Below, piece after piece: positions 9,742 to 18,911 of a DNA stretch of 33,704 nt. The stretch spans positions 1 to 33,704 of the forward strand of contig JBIKPL010000002.1 in NCBI GenBank assembly GCA_044357485.1. The letters are read 5' to 3'. The position numbers and the translations under genes were made by a program. The stretch's first letter is position 1, and each line of letters opens with the position of its first letter. This stretch comes from Cytophagales bacterium. Lineage in GTDB: Bacteria; Bacteroidota; Bacteroidia; Cytophagales; UBA9547. The notes beneath the pieces were generated by a model. It was given only the letters and a program-made list of their open reading frames with translations. It did no database searches and was not told where the DNA came from.

Positions 9742-9841
9742 GTTATTTAGACTAATTAAGATTAGTGTGCAAGATAACAGCTATGTTACTAAGAAAAAAG
9801 CTTTTTAAGGAGAAAACATCAATGGGGATGGTCAATAATTT

Positions 9842-10957
9842 TTAAACCATTTGCTCATATAATTTTTCATACATAGGCATAATGTTGGAGACGTCAAAAA
9901 CATTGGCCTGCGCTAAAGCATTGGCTTTAAATGTAGGCAGGTTTTCATCTTTTAACACAAATAAGGCATTTTTTGCCATATCTTCTACGTCGCCAATATT
10001 ACTCATAAAACCAGTAACACCTTGAATGTTTACTTCAGGAATTCCACCGGCATTGGAAGAAATAACGGGAACTTCACAAGCCATGGCTTCTAAAGCGGCA
10101 AGTCCAAAACTTTCTTTTTCCGAAGGCAATAAAAACAAATCTCCTAAAGAGAGCACTTCTTCTACTGCTTCTTGTTTGCCTAAAAATCTAACATCCTCAC
10201 AAATCCCTAATTCTCTACACATTTGTTCCATGCGAGGTCGTTCGGGGCCATCGCCCATTAATAATAATTTACTGGGTAATTGTTGACGAACCTTTTGAAA
10301 AACAGCCAATACATCTTCAATGCGTTTTACAGCCCTGAAATTAGAGGTATGAATGAGTAGCTTTTCATTGTTGGGGCAAATGGCTTTTTTGAAATGGTCT
10401 TTTTTCTGTTTTTTAAATCTTTCTAAATCAATAAAATTTGGAATCACTTCAATGTCACGTGTAATTTTAAAATGGGCATAAGTATCTTTTTTTAAATCTT
10501 CAGAAACAGCAGTCACCACATCTGATTGATTGATACTAAAAGTCACCACAGGTTCATAGGTTTTATCTTTGCCCACAATGGTAATGTCTGTCCCATGCAA
10601 CGTGGTCATCACGGGAATATTGATGCCTTCTGTTTTGAGAATTTGTTTCGCCATATAGGCTGCAGAAGCATGAGGAATGGCGTAATGTACGTGTAAAATG
10701 TCTAAATTTTCGTATTTAACCACATCAACCATTTTACTTGCCAAAGCAAGTTCATAGGGAGGATATTCAAACAAAGGGTAGGAAGAAATATTTACCTCAT
10801 GGTAAAATAAGTTTTGGTCAAAAAAATCAAGTCGAGTAGGTTGACTGTACGTGATAAAATGAACTTGATGTCCATTTTTGGCCAGCGCTTTGCCGAGTTC
10901 TGTCGCTACAACACCACTACCACCAAAAGTGGGATAACAAACGATTCCTATTTTCAT
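9842..10957 (-). CDS. bshA: N-acetyl-alpha-D-glucosaminyl L-malate synthase (bacillithiol biosynthesis glycosyltransferase)
   Basis: 371 aa. From memory it is collinear with Bacillus BshA: KIGIVCYPTFGGSGVVATELGKALAKNGHQVHFIT, TLHGTDIT, HTSNFRAVKRIEDV, LLPSEKESFGLAALEAMACEVPVISSNAGGIPE. Confidence 0.85.
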   Translation of the reverse strand: MKIGIVCYPTFGGSGVVATELGKALAKNGHQVHFITYSQPTRLDFFDQNLFYHEVNISSYPLFEYPPYELALASKMVDVVKYENLDILHVHYAIPHASAAYMAKQILKTEGINIPVMTTLHGTDITIVGKDKTYEPVVTFSINQSDVVTAVSEDLKKDTYAHFKITRDIEVIPNFIDLERFKKQKKDHFKKAICPNNEKLLIHTSNFRAVKRIEDVLAVFQKVRQQLPSKLLLMGDGPERPRMEQMCRELGICEDVRFLGKQEAVEEVLSLGDLFLLPSEKESFGLAALEAMACEVPVISSNAGGIPEVNIQGVTGFMSNIGDVEDMAKNALFVLKDENLPTFKANALAQANVFDVSNIMPMYEKLYEQMV

Positions 10958-10970
10958 TATATGAGTATAT

Positions 10971-11036
10971 AGTACAGGGTACAGCGTACTGAGTGTTAAG
11001 ATATAAAAACCTTACTCAAGACCCTGTACCCAGTAC
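10971..11036. repeat. Heptamer-repeat imperfect palindrome (GTAC-core plus GTGTTAAG units) between the Nfu-type gene stop and the bshA start
   Basis: AGTACAG GGTACAG CGTACTG AGTGTTAAG, a 10-nt spacer, then CTTACTCAAG ACC CTGTACC CAGTAC. The arms pair imperfectly. It uses the same heptamer vocabulary as 27418-27506 and 28323-28387. Confidence 0.6.
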
Positions 11037-11039
11037 GGA

Positions 11040-11615
11040 TTAAACACCTTCTGCTACAACTTCTTGTACTTCTGGAACCATTCGTTTTAATAAATTTTCA
11101 ATACCAGCTTTCAGCGTTACTGTTGAAGATGGGCATCCACTGCATGAACCTTTTAAATTTACTTTTACGATGCCGTCCACAAATGAATGGAAAGTGATTG
11201 CACCGCCATCTTGTTCTACTGCAGGACGCACATATTCGTCTAATAAAACTTTAATTTTAGTTACCACTTCAGAATCGTTTTCGGTAGCTATTGCATCAAT
11301 TTCACCGATTAAAAGCGGTTTGCCATCTTCTAAAAATCCTTTGATAAAAGATTTTAACAAAGGTGAAATATCAGACCAATCTGCGGCTTCATCTTTGGTA
11401 ATGGTTACAAAATTTGCGGCGATAAATACCCTTTTTACAAAATTAAATTTAAATAAATCTATGGCTAAGGGACATTTTTCCGCTTCCATTAATGTGGCGA
11501 AATCTAAGTTTTCGGCCTCAGGTAAAAGCATAAAATCTACCACAAACTTTAAAGAGTTTGGGTTTGGATTGGCTTCTGTATATATATTAACAATTCGTTG
11601 GTTAGTGCTTTCCAT
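11040..11615 (-). CDS. Nfu/NifU-type Fe-S cluster carrier (Nfu_N plus NifU C-terminal domain)
   Basis: The N-terminal half has PNPNSLKF and the C-terminal half has GGAITF...VKVNLKGSCSGCPSSTVTLKAGIE (a CxxC cluster ligand motif). The start is taken at the ATG at 11615 (MESTNQRIV). The track ORF extends to 11660. Confidence 0.85.
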   Translation of the reverse strand: MESTNQRIVNIYTEANPNPNSLKFVVDFMLLPEAENLDFATLMEAEKCPLAIDLFKFNFVKRVFIAANFVTITKDEAADWSDISPLLKSFIKGFLEDGKPLLIGEIDAIATENDSEVVTKIKVLLDEYVRPAVEQDGGAITFHSFVDGIVKVNLKGSCSGCPSSTVTLKAGIENLLKRMVPEVQEVVAEGV

Positions 11616-11701
11616 TTTGTTGATAGTTTGAGCTGGTAAATATAAAACTTTTCTATACAAATTAACCTGAAAATGTATTTTTCCTCTTGATAAAACTAAG
11701 C

Positions 11702-12976
11702 TTATCGCTGCAAATGGTAATTGCTCAGCGTTTGAATCAAAACGAAAATATCTTTAAAAGTAGTATATAAGGGTACAGGGGTGATTCTGATAACATTGGG
11801 TGATCTCCAATCAACAATGATGCGGTTTTTTTGTAAAAAATTAAAAATGTCTTTCCCATTTTCTTTAAAAATAACAGACAATTGACTGCCTCTTTCCTCC
11901 GGATTTGATGGCGTAATGATTTGTAAATTATAGTCAAAATTACTTTTCAGCAACAAAAATTCAAGGTAAGCGGTAAGTATTTTACTTCTTTTGAATAGAT
12001 AGTCAAGCCCAATATTGTCAAATATTTCGGTTGAAGCCATGTAGGCTGCTAGCGGTAAAATAGGAGCGTTGCTTAATTGCCATCCATCTACGCCGGAAGC
12101 CGGTTGAAAATTCTTTTTCATTAAAAATCTTTCTGCCTCTATATGTCCCCACCAACCTCCTAAACGAGGTAAATTGTCATTTGCATAATGCTCATGAACA
12201 AATGCTCCTCCAACGCCTCCTGGTCCAGCATTCAGGTATTTATAAGAACACCAAACGGCAAAGTCAACTTGCCAATCGTGTAATTGTAAGGCAATATTTC
12301 CTACAGCATGTGCCAAATCAAAGCCTGCTTTTGCACCAACTCGATGCGCTGCCTCGGTGATTTTTTGGAGATCAAATGCTTGACCAGTGAAATAATTGAC
12401 ACCACCCAACAATACCAAGGCCAATGCATTGCCATGTTTGGCGATAGTGGCTAAGATATCGGTGGTTCTAAGGTTATATTCACCTTTTCTAGGCAATAAT
12501 TCAATGATTACCTCTTCAGGATTTAAGCCATGAAGTTTTACTTGGGTTTCAAGCGCATATTGATCGGATGAAAATGCACCCGCTTCGGTAATAATTTTAA
12601 ATTTTTGTTTTGTTGGAGAATAAAAACTAATAAGCAGTAAGTGTAAATTGGTGGTGAGAGAATTCATCATCACCACTTCATTTTCTTTAGCTCCGACTAG
12701 TTTAGCGGTTATTTTTTTGGAAAATTGATGGTAGTGTAACCAAGGTTTATCGCCCTGAAAATGTGCTTCTACGCCTAAGTTTTTCCATTGTTCTAATTCA
12801 CCTTGTATATATTGGGCGGTAGATTTTGGTTGTAACCCTAAAGAATTACCACAAAAATAATACACCTCTTTCCCTTCTACAGTAGGGATATAAAATTGTG
12901 CTCGCGCTGGTGTTGGAAATTCGTTTTCCAATGCATCAACACAAGCAGGCTCAGTAGAAAATTTTGTTTCCATCAC
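11702..12976 (-). CDS. kynU: Kynureninase
   Basis: 424-aa PLP-dependent enzyme with YFCGNSLGLQPK, FAVWCSYKYLNAGPGGVGGAFVHE and GWWGH, typical of KynU. Confidence 0.9.
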   Translation of the reverse strand: MMETKFSTEPACVDALENEFPTPARAQFYIPTVEGKEVYYFCGNSLGLQPKSTAQYIQGELEQWKNLGVEAHFQGDKPWLHYHQFSKKITAKLVGAKENEVVMMNSLTTNLHLLLISFYSPTKQKFKIITEAGAFSSDQYALETQVKLHGLNPEEVIIELLPRKGEYNLRTTDILATIAKHGNALALVLLGGVNYFTGQAFDLQKITEAAHRVGAKAGFDLAHAVGNIALQLHDWQVDFAVWCSYKYLNAGPGGVGGAFVHEHYANDNLPRLGGWWGHIEAERFLMKKNFQPASGVDGWQLSNAPILPLAAYMASTEIFDNIGLDYLFKRSKILTAYLEFLLLKSNFDYNLQIITPSNPEERGSQLSVIFKENGKDIFNFLQKNRIIVDWRSPNVIRITPVPLYTTFKDIFVLIQTLSNYHLQR

Positions 12977-13050
12977 TCAAAAGTTTTACCATCTATCAAA
13001 AATTTACCGTCAAGCTTTGGAGGTGAAACTTTTAACTATACCTATATGCC

Positions 13051-15552
13051 TTAAGCTTTGTGGAGGTTTTTTCTATATTGAGTACCCACAACCCCCACAA
13101 CAATCAATAACAAACCAATAGAAGCATATAAACCAATAGTATTGCCTATATAATACATGTTTGGATGAAACTTAAATTCTATTTTATGATTTCCTTGTGG
13201 CAATTTAATACCACGTAAAATGTAATTTACCCTAATATGGTCAATTTTTTGACCATCCATAAAAGCTTGCCAACCTTTATCGTAATACACTTCAGAAAAT
13301 ACAAGAAATCCTACTTTATCGTTGGTGGTGGTATAAGTTAAATGATTAGGTTCATAACTATCTAAGGTTACCCTTGCGCCTGTGGTGTCGTAATGAGAAG
13401 GCGTAAATACGAATTCTTTCAAATCGGCTATGGCAGTAAGTTTAGGGTTGTTTGATTTAAGGCTTGCAATTTCTTGGTCAGCACCATTAACGGCTTTTAA
13501 TTCGGTTACAAACCAAGCATTTCCTAAGGCATAAGGATTGCGTAATACGGCATCTTTTGTTTCTCCAAGTTTAAGGTATTTGGTGTTTAACATATTTAAT
13601 ACCGGAAGGGAAGCCAATAATTGAGGGCTAAACGTTTTATTGTTGAAGCTGGTAATCAGGGATTCCATTTCTGGCGTCAGTGCTCTTTCAATGACATCTT
13701 GGTACCTTCTCATTTTTGCAGCACAATAACCTCCAATTGATTTATGGAAATAAGAAGTACGCGCATCATTAAACGGATTATTTAAATTAAATACCCTGTA
13801 ATCTAATGATTTATCTTCCATGATGGCAACATCGGCTTCAGATGGCGTGTAAAAGTTTTCCATGACATGTTTGGCAAAATTATTTTTATTTAAATAGCGT
13901 TTGTCAACACTCCAAAGGTCAATCAAAGTTAAAAAGGCAATGATGGCAATAGCCAAATTAGCTTTTAATTTATTGATTAAAACCAAATATAGGCACACTG
14001 CTGCACCCAAAATAAACATCATAGACCTAAAGGCATCAGCGCGTACCAAGCTTATGCGGTCTTCTTTTACGGCATCGAGTAACCATTCTCCTCCAGCAGC
14101 TTCTCGAAGTTGAGCATCAGATTTGCCTTCTAAAGTTCCTGAGCTTGCCATAAGCATAATGAGTACTAAAGTTCCCACAACGATACCAAGTGAAATTTTC
14201 AACGGTTTTTCTACTTCACTTAAGCTCGATTTCAGCCCTTTGTCAAGGGCTAAAATGGCAAGTAAAGGCATCGTCATTTGAGCAATGACCATGGCCATGG
14301 TTACTGCTCTAAATTTATTGTACAATGGGAAATGATCAAACATGAAATAGTTAAATGATGGAAAATAACTACCCCATGATAACATAAACGACAGCAAGGT
14401 GCCACCCAATAGCCACCATTTCCATCTATTGTCAACAATTAATAATCCTAATACAAACAAGAAACAAATAATGGCACCTGCATACACTGGCCCTGCCGTA
14501 AAATTTAAACCACCAAAATAAATGGGAACATTGGCTATAAATTGATTGATACTTTCTTGAGGTACACCTTTGTCGACCATTGCTTTATAAGTAGCAGAGT
14601 TTTTATCGAGTGCTGTGCTGCTCCCTCCACCATAAAAGTTAGGCACCAATAGGGTAAAGGTTTCAAATTTTTCGTGACTATAATCAAAGGCATAGTTTTT
14701 ATCTAAGCCTTCTTCTCTTTTTACTTCTTTAGTGTCAAGTGGTTTTAATAGGTATTTGCCTCGAATAGAAGCTTTGCTGTATTCATAATTGGTCAACAAA
14801 GAGCCAAGATTACAAGCAATTGCAATTAATCCAAACACCAATAACAAAGCAGCAGCTTTGAAGAAATGGGTTATTGTTTTGTTTTTGTACGCAAATAGCA
14901 ATTCAGAAATGCCCAATGCTAGCAATACCAAGGCTAAGTAATAGGTAATTTGTAAGTGACTGCTTCTGATTTGTAAGGCAAATGCCAAACCAAAAAGGGC
15001 ACTTCCAGTAAGTGGTTTTTTTCTAAAAGCCCAAATTGCTGCGGCCAGCGTCATGGGCATATAGGCGATGGCCATTATTTTGGCATTGTGTCCTGCCCCT
15101 AAACTCACAAGGGTAAAGGTGGCTAAGGCAAATCCAATGGCGCCAATGGCTGCTAATATGGGCTTAAGGTCAAAGGCTAATAAAAGGAGGTAAAAAGAGA
15201 TAAGCATAATAAATATTAAGCTTACTGGATGTGGCAACCCTAAAGTCAATACTTTGTGAACATGTTTAAAAATATCACCATAATGTTCGGTTGACACAAA
15301 TGCGGAAGGCATTCCTCCAAACATCGCGTTGGTCCATAAGGGTTCTTCATGGTGTTGTTTTCTGAATTGAACAATTTCTTCAGCACTACCTTTCCATTGA
15401 ATAATGTCGTGTTGTTCTAAGGTTTTATTTTCGAAAAATATGGGACTAAAATAAAAGATAACCAACAATAAAAATGCTGCGATAACAGCTAAATGAGGAA
15501 ATATGTCTTTTTTGAAGTCTAATTTTTTCATATTTTTAATAAAGTATAGCAC
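13051..15552 (-). CDS. YfhO-family polytopic membrane protein (GT-C-like)
   Basis: 833 aa with many TM segments in the N-terminal two thirds and a soluble C-terminal domain ending in one further TM. The size and layout match Bacteroidota YfhO-family proteins. An alternative start is the ATG at 15531 (MKKLDF). Confidence 0.7.
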   Translation of the reverse strand: MLYFIKNMKKLDFKKDIFPHLAVIAAFLLLVIFYFSPIFFENKTLEQHDIIQWKGSAEEIVQFRKQHHEEPLWTNAMFGGMPSAFVSTEHYGDIFKHVHKVLTLGLPHPVSLIFIMLISFYLLLLAFDLKPILAAIGAIGFALATFTLVSLGAGHNAKIMAIAYMPMTLAAAIWAFRKKPLTGSALFGLAFALQIRSSHLQITYYLALVLLALGISELLFAYKNKTITHFFKAAALLLVFGLIAIACNLGSLLTNYEYSKASIRGKYLLKPLDTKEVKREEGLDKNYAFDYSHEKFETFTLLVPNFYGGGSSTALDKNSATYKAMVDKGVPQESINQFIANVPIYFGGLNFTAGPVYAGAIICFLFVLGLLIVDNRWKWWLLGGTLLSFMLSWGSYFPSFNYFMFDHFPLYNKFRAVTMAMVIAQMTMPLLAILALDKGLKSSLSEVEKPLKISLGIVVGTLVLIMLMASSGTLEGKSDAQLREAAGGEWLLDAVKEDRISLVRADAFRSMMFILGAAVCLYLVLINKLKANLAIAIIAFLTLIDLWSVDKRYLNKNNFAKHVMENFYTPSEADVAIMEDKSLDYRVFNLNNPFNDARTSYFHKSIGGYCAAKMRRYQDVIERALTPEMESLITSFNNKTFSPQLLASLPVLNMLNTKYLKLGETKDAVLRNPYALGNAWFVTELKAVNGADQEIASLKSNNPKLTAIADLKEFVFTPSHYDTTGARVTLDSYEPNHLTYTTTNDKVGFLVFSEVYYDKGWQAFMDGQKIDHIRVNYILRGIKLPQGNHKIEFKFHPNMYYIGNTIGLYASIGLLLIVVGVVGTQYRKNLHKA

Positions 15553-15697
15553 CTATCGTCTTCTATTTTTACTTAATTGTACGATATACCACTAAAGTAG
15601 GCATAAACTTAAATTAATCAAAAATATAAGGATTGAAATATAGGATTTTAAACTATTCGGGAGTCAAAAAAATTTCTTAAGCAATGAGAGAGGCTTA

Positions 15698-15747
15698 TCA
15701 TAAACGAAGAAGCCAATAGTTTTCACTAATGGCTTCTTCGTTTATGA
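15698..15747 (-). terminator. Perfect 18-bp hairpin just 3' of the 98-aa ORF (possible terminator, no U-tract)
   Basis: TCATAAACGAAGAAGCCA (15698-15715) pairs with TGGCTTCTTCGTTTATGA (15730-15747), with a 14-nt loop. It begins 11 nt after the stop at 15759. Confidence 0.4.
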
Positions 15748-15758
15748 TAAGTATAGGA

Positions 15759-16055
15759 TTAAAATTCTATTTCACAAACTGCTTTTGTTGGAATATTTAC
15801 ACCGCCTTTTAAAGAAATATATTCTTCATTAACGGCCCAAATGGTGGTTTCTACAGCAAAAAAATGCTCATCTTCAGAAACAAAAGTTAATTTTACTTTT
15901 CCTTTGTAACTATTGCCTAGCATTTCAGCTTTTTTCATGTAAATACTGCGCAAGCGTTGTTTAGTGACATCAACCAATACGTCCTTTTTGGCATATTTAA
16001 AATCAGTTAAATCTTCTTTTTGGACAATCTTTACTTGATTTGCAGTAATTCCCAT
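15759..16055 (-). CDS. Small conserved-looking hypothetical protein (98 aa)
   Basis: A clean ORF with balanced composition and no signal peptide, followed by a strong hairpin. I did not recognise a family. Confidence 0.45.
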   Translation of the reverse strand: MGITANQVKIVQKEDLTDFKYAKKDVLVDVTKQRLRSIYMKKAEMLGNSYKGKVKLTFVSEDEHFFAVETTIWAVNEEYISLKGGVNIPTKAVCEIEF

Positions 16056-16162
16056 GGTATTTATGTTTTTTAATGTTTAGGCTAGGGTAACAGTCTTTAC
16101 AGAATGTTTGACTTTCTACGAAAATGTATGCTCAGGGTTATGCTACAAATATAATTTTTAAA

Positions 16163-17032
16163 TTAAATAATTTGAATTGTATAGGAGGCTTTCCATGACT
16201 CATTTGGATTCAATACCACTATGTCTTCTTTTTCAGTAAATTGCCCATTAAATCCTGTATTATCTGCTAATCCTTGCCAAGGTTCTAAACAGACAAATTG
16301 TTCGCAGCCTGTTTTTGACCAAATCCCTAAAGCAGGAAATTCATTGATACTCATTTTTACCCCTTTCCCCGTTTCTTTATGCAAAAGTGCTACCCATTTA
16401 GATTTTAAATGCCTAAATATAAGGGCATCTCTGTCAAATAATGAGGTGTTTAAGGGAATGCTTTTATCATGCATCGCAATCTCCGCTTGTGATGCAGTAA
16501 TGGTACCATTAGATAGGTCTACCAAATGACTTAAGAGTATTTCTTCTTGTTCAAATGTGAGTTGATAATCTTCAAATTGTTCATTTTCAAACAAAGGACA
16601 TTTAAAGGCTGGATGACCTCCAATTGAAAATACAATTTCTTTTTCATCAATATTTTTAACCAGGTAGCTAACTTCAAGATTTTCATTTTCAATGCTATAG
16701 AGAATATGTAATTCAAATTTATACGGATAAATTTTCAATAATTCCTCTGTGTAGTTCAATTGGTAATGAAGCGTATTGTTGCTTTGGCTCCTCAATTCAA
16801 AGTCTAGGTCTCTGGCAAAGCCATGTTTGGGTAATTGATAGGTTGTATCTTCTATTTGATAACTATTGTTGACCAAAGTACCTACAATTGGAAATAAAAT
16901 TGGCGAATGTTTTCCCCAAACGGCGGGGTCTGCTTGCCATAAATATTCTACACCCTCTTTTACAATAGAGGTTAATTCTGCACCAGCTTTTTGGGCTTTA
17001 ACAATGATATGCTTGTTTTGAATTGTTTGCAT
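16163..17032 (-). CDS. Aldose 1-epimerase family protein (mutarotase-like)
   Basis: 289 aa with PILFPIVG, LPKHGFAR, IGGHPAF and CLEPW, typical of the galactose-mutarotase-like fold. Confidence 0.8.
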   Translation of the reverse strand: MQTIQNKHIIVKAQKAGAELTSIVKEGVEYLWQADPAVWGKHSPILFPIVGTLVNNSYQIEDTTYQLPKHGFARDLDFELRSQSNNTLHYQLNYTEELLKIYPYKFELHILYSIENENLEVSYLVKNIDEKEIVFSIGGHPAFKCPLFENEQFEDYQLTFEQEEILLSHLVDLSNGTITASQAEIAMHDKSIPLNTSLFDRDALIFRHLKSKWVALLHKETGKGVKMSINEFPALGIWSKTGCEQFVCLEPWQGLADNTGFNGQFTEKEDIVVLNPNESWKASYTIQII

Positions 17033-17140
17033 TTGAGCAGATGATTTTACAATACACTATTTCTTATGATGATTGCTTTGTTAAAGTAATTTTTATTGAC
17101 AAATTTGAGCATCCGCCACAAAGCTAAACAATGTTTTAAT

Positions 17141-17842
17141 ATGGTTGCACAATTACGACAAGATTTGAATGCTTTTATTAATCCTCTAAAAGCAGCTTTT
17201 TACCCTTCATTTTTTAAAACGGGGAAAGGAGAATATGGGGAAGGAGATATTTTTTTAGGTATTACGGTACCTCAAATCAGGGCAGTAGTAAAAAAGTACG
17301 AAACAATTGCCACCTTACCTGAAATTCAAGCATTAATTTTAGACCCAGTCCATGAAATGAGGTCTGCGGGTTTATTTATATTGGTAAATCAATTTATAAA
17401 AACCAATGACCCTTCAATTCAAAAAGCTATTTTTGATTTTTATCTTAGCAATACCCAGGGCATAAACAATTGGGATTTAGTTGATTGTTCGGCTGCACAA
17501 ATTGTAGGCGCCTACTTGTATGATAAAGACCGTACAATTCTTTATGAATTAGTACAATCAAGTAATTTTTGGGAGCAAAGAATTGCCATTATTGCTACCT
17601 TCTTTTTTATTCGAAAAGGGCAATATCGTGATACGATTTCACTTACGACAATACTAGTGCATCATCCTCATGATTTAATACAGAAAGCTGTCGGCTGGAT
17701 GTTAAGAGAAGTAGGGAAAAGAGATCTTGAAATTTTAAAGCAATTTTTGAATACACACTACCAAACGATGCCAAGAACCATGTTGCGTTATGCCATAGAG
17801 AAATTTCCTGAAGCAGAGAGGCAAGCGTATCTAAAAAAATGA
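17141..17842 (+). CDS. DNA alkylation repair protein (AlkD-like HEAT-repeat glycosylase family)
   Basis: FFKTGKGEYGEGDIFLGITVPQIR, INNWDLVDCSA, FWEQRIAII and QKAVGWMLREVGKRD resemble AlkD. The track ORF starts at the TTG at 17096. The ATG at 17141 is preferred. Confidence 0.8.
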   Translation: MVAQLRQDLNAFINPLKAAFYPSFFKTGKGEYGEGDIFLGITVPQIRAVVKKYETIATLPEIQALILDPVHEMRSAGLFILVNQFIKTNDPSIQKAIFDFYLSNTQGINNWDLVDCSAAQIVGAYLYDKDRTILYELVQSSNFWEQRIAIIATFFFIRKGQYRDTISLTTILVHHPHDLIQKAVGWMLREVGKRDLEILKQFLNTHYQTMPRTMLRYAIEKFPEAERQAYLKK

Positions 17843-17869
17843 TGTGGTATGTTTTTTGATAAAAATGCC

Positions 17870-18856
17870 TTATTTATGTTCTTGTTTTAATCGCAATACC
17901 ATCATGTCGATGTATTTTTTAATGAGTTCTAAACACGCTGCTTTGTATATTTCTTCCTCAACAACGAGTTCATAAACTTTAGAAGCTTTTCCAAAATTAG
18001 CTTCCATTTCAGGAGATTTGTAAATAAACTTCATTTGTTTGAAGTATTTTCTTTCTATTCCTGCGGCTACTTTTTGGGTAAAATTGGCAAATTGTAAGGA
18101 AGGGTTAAAGAAATTAGCATTCATTGCTGAAACAAACAATTTTGGTTTACTGTCTAACAAGATCGTTGCAGGTGCTCCGGTGCTGTTGATATAGTCCCAT
18201 TTATTGGTCATCCCCCTTTGGGTCATGTATTCTAGAAAGTCAATGGTAATGTTGAAATCAACTAAATTGGTATTTAAGTCTTTCAACATTTTAGTGATTT
18301 TCGGGGTGTTTTGAGGGGAATTCAAAAATTGTAAAGTAGGATTGTTGCCTGCTGCAAATGATTTGGCATGGGTACTTCCTGTTAGTTTTACTTGGTTTTC
18401 AATTGGTGAACCAATGCATTTGTATTCTGTAGCATCAAGTGATACCAATACCATTCTTTTATAGGTATCATTTTGTTCGAATACATCTCTTGAAATAACA
18501 TTATACCCTAAACTGATTAATTGATTGATGTAATATTGATAGGCTTCGTTGGTAATTTGAAGGTAGGTTTTGTCTTTAATTCCTGAGAGTACTATGGCAT
18601 TATTGGCCAAGGTGGGTGGTACCGGGGTTTTTAATTTTGAGACGACTAAAGATGATTTGGTGATAAAATTTATTTGAAATGTTGGAATACAAATATTGTT
18701 TGTTTTCCAAGCTTCCGTAAGTTTGGTGTCTATCAACAATAATTTAGTGTCGTTTACTTTATCAAGGTTTTCAATTTTTACTTGGGCTATTGCACCATTT
18801 AAAGTCAAAATGATGGTGAAAAAGATTGGTAAGGCGATATTTTTGTAAAGGAACAT
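17870..18856 (-). CDS. Secreted hypothetical protein (328 aa)
   Basis: N-terminal signal peptide (IALPIFFTIILTLNGAIAQ). No domain recognised. It is co-directional with, and 55 nt downstream of, the pseudouridine synthase gene. Confidence 0.5.
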   Translation of the reverse strand: MFLYKNIALPIFFTIILTLNGAIAQVKIENLDKVNDTKLLLIDTKLTEAWKTNNICIPTFQINFITKSSLVVSKLKTPVPPTLANNAIVLSGIKDKTYLQITNEAYQYYINQLISLGYNVISRDVFEQNDTYKRMVLVSLDATEYKCIGSPIENQVKLTGSTHAKSFAAGNNPTLQFLNSPQNTPKITKMLKDLNTNLVDFNITIDFLEYMTQRGMTNKWDYINSTGAPATILLDSKPKLFVSAMNANFFNPSLQFANFTQKVAAGIERKYFKQMKFIYKSPEMEANFGKASKVYELVVEEEIYKAACLELIKKYIDMMVLRLKQEHK

Positions 18857-18911
18857 ATATTGCGATTAAATGTAGCAGCTTGTACGGACAAGTATTCTAA
18901 AAAGATGAGTA

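Noticed and set aside
9796-9810. AAAAAGCTTTTT palindrome after the bshA stop as a terminator
   Set aside because: It has no loop and is an A/T-only stem apart from the central GC. It is unlikely to form a stable terminator hairpin.
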